Shown piece after piece: positions 1 through 10,211 of a stretch of 64,000 bases of DNA (positions are counted from its first letter, which is position 1; each line of letters begins with the position of its first letter). Both the position numbers and the translations under genes were made by a program. Source of the stretch: Zygnema circumcarinatum SAG 698-1b (lineage: Eukaryota > Plantae > Zygnematophyceae); assembly GCA_037447605.1 (NCBI GenBank), contig CM074810.1, positions 1,150,880 to 1,214,879 on the forward strand. The letters are read 5' to 3'. The notes beneath the pieces are model-generated. The model ran no database searches. It had not been told where the DNA came from and worked only from the letters and a program-made list of their open reading frames with translations.

Positions 1-909
1 CGTTCGGATTTTATCATAATTACTCTGAAGGAAAAAAGTTCTTCACCTGTCCGACAAGCTGCATTTTACGATTGTCTCTGACTTGTAGATGTGGTCAAAT
101 GTTCACCAGTGCGCATGGAGTATCTATCTGTTCACGAAGAGCCTCACACCAAACCATGCAATGTTTGGCTGCAAAAGCAGCAGGAGCGATGACGCTTGCA
201 TGCCAATTCAGCACCGACAGTCAGTCGGCAATAGGAAGAAGCTTTTTGGTTGAAGCTTTCGTTTGTAAGAGGCCTTGCGCCCTTGCAAACTTCTATTAGC
301 CGAGCGTCTTCCAATGACGACTCGCCATTTGTGCGGACTTGGAGATGGGGCAAATCGCCATTGGACCAGATGCTGGACTAAATAAAGGTTTGCAATGGAG
401 AGAGGTCTCTACAAGACTTGGAAGAACGAGAGGTTGGAAGTTTGTAACTGCATGAAATGTAGGCACGAAATGTCTTTCAGTTTAGGGTTGTGATGGTTTT
501 AGATTTTGTCAGCTGGATATCAAGGTAAGTAATAGAAAAAAATCCTAAACTCCTAAACAGAAATGACGGGCATTCTCTAAATTCACAGCAGCAAACTCAT
601 CGGTCATAACAACAAATACCTGAGCCTTCACTATTGGCTGGAAAAATAAACAAAGAAGTGAATGCTTTATTTTTGAGCAAATACCTCCTAGATGGAGACA
701 GTCAAATCCTCTATCTGTACAGATAATAGCTCGGTAAAAGTCCCGCTTCACCAAACTGAAGTAAGCAAATCCATGGCGCCGACTCTCCCTCCTATTAGAG
801 AGAAGGAAAGAGCAAACTCTAACTATGTATATATTGCTGGAAAAAAATTACAGTCAAGAATGTAACCAGTCTTAATCAGTGGACCTACCACACATTCCTC
901 TACTTCAAA

Positions 910-1952
910 TCAAAACTTTTCCACTTCCACCCCATCTCTGGGTTTTTCATAACAGGAGGCGCTTTTGCTCTTGCGTGTGCTGCACTGGAAGTAAATCTTA
1001 TCCGACATGGGCTTAAGCATAATGTCCGACACGTCGGCCCAAAAGAAACCCTGAGACTTGATGCCATCAATGCTTTCTAGCTTACCTTCGCCGATGGTGC
1101 ATGCGACGGTTGTGTTGTAGCGCAATACATGGCCATCCACGAACTTTACCTCACATACAAAGGGCAACACAACTTCCAGGGTCCCCTCCTCCGATTTGTC
1201 ATCAGGCTCGAACGTGTATCTGAGGACGTTTTTTGGAAAGATCCCCTTCGGCAAGCCAAACTTCTCCAGAATATCGGTTAACGGAGTTTGAGACCTACCT
1301 GCGGTGTTTCATGGTTGAAAAATAAGTCAATGAGTGATTAGCACACATGGAAGAAGAAGCTGCTCGGCTTGACCGTGTCAAAACGAATAGCAAGCCTCTC
1401 AAGAAACTTGTATAAACTATTTGTACTCGCAACTCTTGTCCAGAAACAAAGTGGGAAAGAGAAACGACTGAACATAGAAGGTACAATGGCAAGAGCGAAT
1501 ATAGCACAAGCAGCTGGCAGCCCACCAACGAGACCACAACGACCTTCAGAGCGCACTTACCGACAATATTGCTCATGAACCTCGAGAAAGTCCTGCCGAC
1601 CTCAGAAGCCGCATTCTGACAGCAATTGCAAAAGTTGAAGTCAGCAGTGGGAGTACGAACCCTGCAACGACTTACAGCTGTGAAAGGATCACGCGTACAA
1701 GTACGGCAAGGCTGATCTCAGTCAACAAATTCTACAAAAGAACAGAACGAAATTAAATTACGTGCGAAATTATGCAGAGATACAAGAAGAAATGATGCTG
1801 CATATGTGGCCCTCCAAACATCAGCTTCACCACCATGAATGCAATAGGCCTAAGGCCAAACTTACATCCAAGTCCCTTCCCACACTTTCTATCTGGTCGT
1901 TTGCAGACCTCTGAAATAGCCAGCTTCCAGCAGAATTGAACAAGCTGCTCAT
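910..1952 (-). CDS. DUF538 family protein (At5g01610-like), 3 exons: 1952-1866, 1615-1561, 1298-910; 176 aa
   Basis: GT-AG joins give an open frame MSSLFNSAGSWLFQRSANDQIESVGRDLD|NAASEVGRTFSRFMSNIVG|RSQTPLTDILEKFGLPKGIFP...YEKPRDGVEVEKF, matching the layout of plant DUF538 proteins (GLPxGIFP motif, C-terminal RDGVxVxKF). Confidence 0.88.
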
Positions 1953-2419
1953 AGCGAGTCTCCTTAAAGGCCGTTTGCAGCAGCAATATCTGCCTCTTCC
2001 GACCAGACTTCCCTCAGCGATGCAAGGCCTGCGCGATGACCTGCCTTATGAGCTGCAAAAGCAAATATTACCATACCCGTCCCGCCCCGTCATTCAACCC
2101 GCGAGGAAAAACGCAAGGGAGGCTCTTGACGAAATATTTAAGTGCAATTTGAAAAAAATAAAAATAAATAAAGAAATCCTTTTACCTGCTGGCATAACCT
2201 GCTTCGAAGGTACCTCTCCCCCCTCTGCCTGCCAGGCCCTTCCGGGCAAACCGTCTTCTATTCCGATCTGCCCTCTTTCACAACCCAGAGCCGATACATA
2301 TCAAAATATCGAGGTACAAATATCGACATAGTATCATAAAACATTGAGATGCAATCATAGAATATCGAGATATTGTTCGATGTGGAGATCGCATTAGGAC
2401 ACGCGAGACTTTCGCAAAA

Positions 2420-2727
2420 ATCGAACGGAAGGTTGTTTCTTCCGAGATGGTGCGACCGAAGGGTAAAGGAAGCGAACAAAGAATGCGTCTATTTCGTGGC
2501 GAATGGTCTAATTTTCCAGTACTTGTTTCGGAATAAACTTTACGGAAGCTTTTTCTTCAGCACTTGACGATTTTTCAAAGTCAGACATGTCCTGTGGTTT
2601 CCAAAATTCCGGTCTATCCAACGGCCCTCGAGCCTTTAGTGATGTGTGCATCCAACGGTGATAAATTGCAGCCATAAATCGAACGGTCTGGAGACTCGCC
2701 ATTTGCACGTACCTTCATCCAACGGTC
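2420..2727 (+). promoter_or_regulatory. Cluster of MSA-like (AACGG-core) elements upstream of the GRAS gene
   Basis: ATCCAACGGCC (2616), ATCCAACGGTG (2650), ATCGAACGGTC (2678), ATCCAACGGTC (2717), plus ATCGAACGG (2420), all in the same orientation; resembles the MYB3R-bound MSA consensus YCYAACGGYY. Confidence 0.55.
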
Positions 2728-3284
2728 GTGGAACATGGAACTCTGCAACCGCACTTTTCCCTTTGACCAGTTCTCATAGACTTCCCAGAAGCTTCTGACA
2801 CACGTCGGCAATTAGGGCTGACGTAGTCCTGTAAAAAAAAAAAAAAAAAAAGGGGAAAGAAAAAAGGGAGTGAGTGATCGACTGGGGAAGGTGTGGCCTT
2901 GTGAGCTTTTGCCGTGCAACTGGGATGTAACTTTTGACATATCGAAAGAGAAAGCACAGTATTTGAGAGCAGTAGTTATTGTCTGGGCTTTGGCAGTGAA
3001 GGAATGATTAAGAAATTATTTTAGGGTTCGTCGTATTGGCTAAGTTTCAAGGGCCAGCGTTGGACCAAAGTCCCGATCGAACTGATCGCAGTATTTGTCG
3101 CAAGCAGTCACGAGGGATGCAGTTGGCTGCGCATCATGAAGTTGTTTCAATGCAGTTTCAAGGTGTCACTTGTGCACGTCGAATGAACAAAGGGTCAAGC
3201 TTGGGAGCGTGTTCCTAAAGTTATAGTTTCGAGCAGCTGATTAAGCTTACATCAAGATAAACGTTCTTGCTCTTTGGAAAATCA

Positions 3285-6200
3285 ATGAGCTTCAGTGTGA
3301 TGGCTGAACATCAGGGCGATGTCATGTTTCCTATGGAGCCGCAGGATTTTGATCAGCTCTTTGTGTTCTCCGAATATGGAGAGTTTTTATTAGAAACAGG
3401 TGACATTGAACCGGCTGCAAAGAAGTTGAGGTGAGCGGCTTATCTAAAAGGCTGGCCAATTTGAGGCGCTTTCTTGCATTATTTTAGGACCTGGTTGTTT
3501 TTCATTGTCATCATTTAGTGACCGTGTCAATAATTTTGCGAATATTTGTGTTTCCAGAATGCGTGCTTTTGATTGCTTATCTGTAAATTCTGTTCGTATG
3601 GGATGGCTAATTTTAGTAGCCCGACGACAGTCCACATGATGAATGTACATGCAAGCGCAGCGGCAGGAGTTCAGACCTCGATGGTTTAGACGGCGTCTCT
3701 TTTGCCTTAACAGTATTTGACAAGAGGGTTTGAGCATGCAGGTTGGATCCTGCCTTGAATGGCCCGAGCAGTGATCTTTTTGCAACCGAATCATTACAGT
3801 CAAGCCAGGTAGATTCCAATTTGGATATCACATTCTCCATACCGAATGGCGAGGATTTTCTGCCGCTAGTGTTCAGCGAACCGGCGGAGAAGGTGCAGGA
3901 TTTTACAACTCGACAACCCGTGCCCAATTTGAATCAGCAGCAACTGTTGCGTCTGCAAATCTTGCAGAAAAAACGAGCACTTGAGCAGCAACAGAAGTTA
4001 ATCCAGCAGCAAAGCTTGCTGCTACAACAGGAACTCCTCATTCTCGGGGAGCAAGAAGATCTTGAAGTGAGGGCGCCCATTATCGGCAAGGCTTCAAATG
4101 CAACTATTGAGGCTGTTGTTGGTGGAAGTGCAGAAGCGGTATGGAATGATTTACCAGCAGACGTTTCTGTCCCTAGTCTTGAAGCTCCTAGTTTTCCTAT
4201 CAAGGAAGCATCCACATCTGTCGACCTGTTTGGGAATGACCCATTTTCCGGAGCCGAAGCGTGCACAGTTTCGTCCATGTTGGCGAACTTTCCTGATATC
4301 TCAAGTGTTTCTGGCGGAACTTCGTGGCAGGACGCGTGTCGGGAGGTTACTTCTGTTGGCACACCTGAAGACTACGCCTTGATTGTGCCCAATATGGCAA
4401 AGCATATAGCTGCTGATTCTTTCCAGGTGTCAGAGAATGGAAGGATAGATAAAGTTATACCTTGCACAATTCCGGAGAAGTTGAGAGTGGAGGAAATGAG
4501 TAGAACTGGTCCTAGTGAAAGCAGGAGGAGAGAAAGAACGGGCGGTTGTTGTGAATCCTGTCCTCCAACATGTGGAGAGACGCCCGAGGCTACTAACAGC
4601 TCTGGTTCCGCTTCGGGTTCGGGGAGGACTGGGGGGAGCGAAAGCCTATTGTATTCAAGGTCTTCGCCCTCTTCACATGATTCAGGATTTGCAGGGCCTT
4701 CAACCCTAAAGGGTGGCCAGCAATTAGCCCTGTCGGATAGTGAGAGTGATCTGCAACAGCAGGCTGAGGGAGCCAGCGGCATGTTGACTTTAGGAACGCA
4801 GTTCTGGAATATTTGTAAATCAGTTGAAAAGTTTACTGGTAGAGAGATAGGATGTTCTGATTTCCTGCTAACTGGTAAAGCCAATTTTGAAACGCCAGCA
4901 GCTATCAGCGCCGTAACTCCTTTGGAGCAAACTGGGCCCGGCAGCTCTTTGGCAGATCGTCTGGCAGAAATTGTTAGAAAGCAGAAGGTCACATCTCAAG
5001 GTACTGTAGCCAGAGTGAAAAAAGATCCTAAACCCGGGATACAAAATGCTGCTCACTTCATAAAAAGCTTTGTTAACAGGGGTCGGGGTGACGGGCAACT
5101 CGGATCGGCAACTGTACAATCGTTTTCCCCTTCAACCTTTAAGCCTATCAATATGTCAATCCCCAGGCCTCTTGGAAGTTCTGCCAAAGAGGCCATTCTT
5201 CGCTCTTTGGGCGTAGACATCCCCTCTGATCCCAAGGGCCTGTTATGGCTGAATCCAGAAGAGAGTGAAGATGTGAAAGACTTGGCAATGCAGTCGTTCG
5301 TCCCTGCGAGTGTCCTTTACAGTGCCGTGCTCTCATTGGCTGAATCTCTGGCGACTGATGAAACGGTGCGTATTTTTATTCAATAATGCAGTTGGTAAAG
5401 ACTGCACTTGCGAAAGTCTGTCTTTCTGAAAGCCTCCACTCGTTCGTCTTCTAGTTAAGACTTAGACCACTCAAATTAGTGATGTGTTGGTGAAATTTTT
5501 GATGGCCCCAGTAAATGCTGAGTTCATCCAGAATTGGGGATACAGTAGTTTTCCGTCTCGCCATAGTAGTTGACATAAACAGACTGCGACATTAATCTAC
5601 ACATTGTCCCTGGAGAAAACAGAACAACCAGGTTCTACGCATGAAGGGCTACTTCTTTTGTGTCTATGGCAGGATCGCATAGTATAGAGTATGGAATCTG
5701 TTTGGCAGCCTAAGGTTGTTGTCACTAAGAGCTCGATTCTCATCCTTTGCAGGGCCGAGCTTCATTATTGACCACATTTTTGAAGGTGGAGAGCAGTCCC
5801 AAAGGGTCTCCTATGCAGCGTGTTGCCTTCTCCTTTCTCGAGGGCCTTGTTGCTCGGCGTGAGAACACTGGAGTTGGGCACTATGTGTCCCCAATGTCCT
5901 TTGATTCCATGGTTAGTACCGCCTCATTTTTTTGCAGAGAAGTTGAGGTATTGAATAAATTCATATTTTTCGGGTTTTGTAGAGAAACGTATTGCCGGGA
6001 TAGGCTCAGTCCTGGATGAATGTTGTTATTTGAATCACTGTTCACCCTTTGCGATAGCACAGCCATTCAGCTGCCTCTATCCCACGCTTCCACCTCATCC
6101 TTTCTGCCAGGATTTGCTCCTAGTACAAATGGCAGGCACGAGTTTGCTATGAACCAGCAGTCCATACTATGCGATTTAGTCCTCCGTACTTCACCTTTCC

Positions 6201-7682
6201 AGCAAGTATTCGCTCAATTATTTCAACGATCATTTACTTGATCGGTTGTCTACCTGGTTGCAGTTGTAGCTACAGAAACATGTTTCATTTCTCAAGAGTA
6301 CTATCTTGTACAATATACAGAACCTTGTTCGCACTGGGGATTTCTTGAACTCTGGTCTAATTTGTGGGTGTGCAGACTGAGACATCTCTGTGGCGTTTTG
6401 TGAGGAGGATGCCCTGCCTAATATTCTGGATGGAAGCAACGGTTCGCGCTATTTTGGAAGCGGTAGAGGGAGAAACCCATATACACATAGTCGACTTTAG
6501 CATTTGGACAGGATTATGGGGACCTGTCCTGCAAAAGCTGGCAAGCAGACCCAACCCTCCACATGTCCGTTTCACCGCAGTTACAGCGCCAGCTGGCACT
6601 CCCACAGGCCTCGGTCCCGTCTGCAAGCAGGCCCATCTGAGAGCTGAACTATCGGCCATTGCCGAGATGTCGAAATTACCTTTTGAAATTGAAGTACTCA
6701 GTGTTGAAATGAGTGAGTTGAAGGGGGAAATGTTGAAGCTCAAAGCGGAGGAGGCTCTTGTGGTGAACTGTGGGGTCCGACTTTCGCAGCTTTTGGATAG
6801 AGGGACAGCACGGTGGAATCCGCGGGATGCAGTGCTTCAGGTGGGAAAGGGAGAGTCTCTCTCTCTATGTTTGTTTTGTTGTGAGCTGAAGTGTGGAACA
6901 TATGTTTTGTTTCATCGATCTTGCGTGCCTTTTAGGTTTAATATAATCGTTTTCTACTGTTATGAGAAATACAAGTATTATGGTCCATCAGTTCTCATTC
7001 AGATGTCCAGGAATCAAGCGCGAAAGGACTCCTTTCCTTTTGCCCAGTAGCTTTTCATAAGTTCGGTGTAAATGATTGTGAGTATCCACAAACTTGCACA
7101 AGGGCAATGTCTAAGTGTCAGCCCAACGTTTGTTGAGTTTATGTCTATCGGCCTGCAAGAATTGTTCGCTTTCAGAGTGTCAGGCAGCTGATTTTTTGGG
7201 TAGACTGGAAAACTTTTCTGCAGACCTTGCGAGATTTGAACCCGTGCATCCTGACTATGGGAGAAATTGAGTTCGATACAAATGTTCCCTTCTTCCTTGC
7301 CCGAGTGAAAAGTGCGCTTGATGTTTACGGAGCTCTGTTCGATACTCACGAAGTACTGGCGGATCGATCTGATATTGGGCGCGAGGCCTTTGAGAAAAAG
7401 ATATTTGGGAGAGAGATTATGAACATCCTGTCATGTGAAGGAGCGCAACGGGTTGTCCGTCACGAGAATTTGAAGAGTTGGAAGCAACGAATGGGCCGTC
7501 TTGGCTTCACTATTAGGGCAACTGATGAGCAGCGGCGAGCCGCTATAGAGAAGTCCATCTATGTGAGAGGATCAGGATTTGCTGTCCAGAATGTGAAGGG
7601 GATACTTGTGTTGACTCTTGGAGGTAGGCCGATCGGCTTCGCAGGTGCATGGCAACCCTTCCTGCGAGCTCTGCCCCTGTAG
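3285..7682 (+). CDS. GRAS family transcription factor, about 950 aa; exons 3285-3430, 3742-5365, 5753-5911, 6376-6840, 7224-7682
   Basis: Phase-consistent GT-AG joins. GRAS motifs: LHRI (VLSLAESLA; GSPMQRVAFSFLEGLVAR), VHIID-like HIHIVDF, PPHVRFTAV, EALVVNC, PFYRE region (FFLARVKSALDVYGALFD), REIMNILSCEG-RVVRHE-W-RM--GF, SAW variant FAGAW. Confidence 0.92.
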
Positions 7683-10211
7683 GTCAGAACTGGGACTATA
7701 GCCACTGTATATAATATGTCACGAAGTTGTAATGTACGTATTTGCGCCAACAGCTCTCTTTGCTGAGATGATTTTTGTGGAGTTACCGGATGTCAGGGTT
7801 CGGATCAAGGTGGGCCAGTTTAGATATCCAGCAGTTTGCAGTTTGCAGTTTGCTGCAGGGCGAACAAGAAATGGAAGGAGAATGGCTGGAGATGGGCTCT
7901 CAGGCTTTTGTGGCGTTCAAATCTATCTGGGGTCCAAGGTGCTATGGGACGGCTTCACCGTCAGTCGGGCATGTCATGTCATGCCATGTTGTGTCCCATG
8001 GCCATGGGGATCAGGGCGGCATGTGCTGCATGCATGGCCATGATGCCAGCTAGGGTTCAAACCCTGGGAGTCGTCGAAACATTCACCACCGGCCCGACTC
8101 CCGAGTAACTTTTTTGTTACTTAATTGTTCACTAATTTTATTCGAACATTCAGCTCAGAACTTGTAAAATTCGTGAGAAGTAAGTTCTTCGATTTATGTC
8201 CGTGAGACACCGGTGATATGCGTTCCACCAAAAGTGCAGCCTCTTTATGCCGGAGTTGTTGGGGCTGTGCTCTCTAGTGTCAGTACCCCATGCATTGCCA
8301 ATTCCCTCCAATTACAGAGGTGCCGGTGTTGGTCTATGCCTCCAGAAGTTTCGGTATTAAGTTTGCTTATCATGAAAGACTCACCATTGCGTGATATTAA
8401 AGCCAGCTTTCAAGATCATTTGATCGAATGTCCTGTATGACCCAGTCATAGAAACCTGTACATGTGTAAGGAGCCCTCGGTCGTGCTATGCCGTCGGACA
8501 AGCACTGTCTATGGCATTGGGAACATGCGCATGTGTGGCGCGACTAATGAGAAGCATCCAACATCCCCAAATGTCCGCCGAGCGCCATCCGTCCATGTAA
8601 AGCAACGTCCCAAAGAATCAGCACGAGAACATGTTCGGGGACAACAACAGCAGAGGCGTTCGACTTCGTGTGGGACGGAGAGATCCCAGCCGTTGGATCC
8701 TCATAAGCTTAATCGGAGCGGATTGCCGCCGTTAGATTGTAGCCCGTGGAGCATAGCGAGCAAGACAAGTTTGATTGCGGCTTGAAAGTTGTCCCACTCC
8801 CAGGGCCTGCACCCATGCACACCTTCTGAGGAATCCCTTGGAAGTAGCCAGCCATAGGAGCCGTAATGTAGTTGAGTCCAAGGCCAAGGTTGAAACTTGA
8901 AGGGTTGCTCTCCATTGAGCATTTTCGGAGACTATGGATTGACATTGGTCTCACCATGGTGGTGCCATCAATTGTACATGGACAACAACAACAAGGAGAA
9001 GAACCACGAGGATCCGGTCGCGAAGAACCTTGGAATGAAAGAAAGAGCTATGACTATGAGTGACACTTTGCTTCTAGGCCCACCAACAACAACAACTCTA
9101 CGGCTCTAGAAGCCGCCGCAAACGTGTTTTCATGTTGAGACGTGCATTTTTTGTGCTGTGTTTTCTTGTTTTTTCTCGGCAGGAACTGTGGCTTTGTCGA
9201 GATTCACACGGGAGTGCTCCTAACGGACGCGTCGTGAGCAATGCCAATGGGAACAATATCAGCGAATCGCGCTGCGCCACGTGTGCAGTACATAGCGGCC
9301 GCCTCCGCCGCCTCGCTGCCATGTTCCATGCGCAACAGTTGCGAAATCAAATTTCGAGCGTGCAAAGGTCCAGTACGTTACTGTACCGATAATATCGTAA
9401 CGTCTCGTTGCGTATAATATCGTATTATATCGTATCGTATTGTGTCATGCCATATCGTATTGTTTCATCGTATTTTTCTGTATCGTATCGTTAACGTATC
9501 GTATCTCTCCCTCTTGGGACTCGGGAGGTTGCGGAAACAGCCCGCCCTCCCTCCCTCGCCGTCGCCGGTCGGGAAGTACTGTACTCTGGCGAGGAGGGAA
9601 GGTCGGTCGTAGGGCCAGGGTGTGGCCTGGAGGGGTGGAGCTTGCCTCTCCAACATGGCGGTGCCGCATGGTGTGTGAGAGGAGCTGAGGGGAGCGCAGG
9701 GAGGGAGGGAGGGAGGGAGGGAGGGAGGGAGGGACGTCTCTGCAACTTCTCTTGCTGTGCCCTCGTAAAGGACGTTCAGCCATGGCTGCTAACTCGGTCC
9801 AGGCTCAGGTACGTCTGCTGGATGCCGTTGATATTAGGCATTCTATATTTTTTTTTCCTGAAAGCCCAGACGTTGTATTTCTGGAATTTCGGCACTTAGC
9901 AAGTTTGTCATAGCGCACTCTGCATTCATAAAAAATGCTTAACTGGCAGCGTGCCGTGCAGGCTTGAAAGCTTCTCTATTTGATTTTGGCTCTCTTGTTT
10001 CTAATTTAATTTCTTTTGGAGAATACTAACTTGATTATTTTGAATTTCAGTCATCTGGGATACTCTTGATGCCAAATTTTCTATGAAACATAAAAAACTG
10101 GCACAAACTACTTAGATAGTTCTCTTCCTGTTGGCGTTTCAAGTTCCTTTTTATTATTTTGGTACAAATAGAAATCTATTCTGATCTATCTATCCATTTA
10201 TCTTGCACGAT

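Noticed and set aside
1-380. Possible last exon of an upstream plus-strand gene (acceptor at about 88)
   Set aside because: None of the three frames gave a recognisable protein; cannot be supported without sequence outside the window.
6111-6135. Possible micro-exon in the GRAS gene (GATTTGCTCCTA...)
   Set aside because: Good acceptor but weak donor; the gene is in frame without it.
8200-9400. Short ORFs on both strands between the GRAS and PH genes
   Set aside because: No homology recognised, no consistent splice model, and overlapping frames are equally weak.
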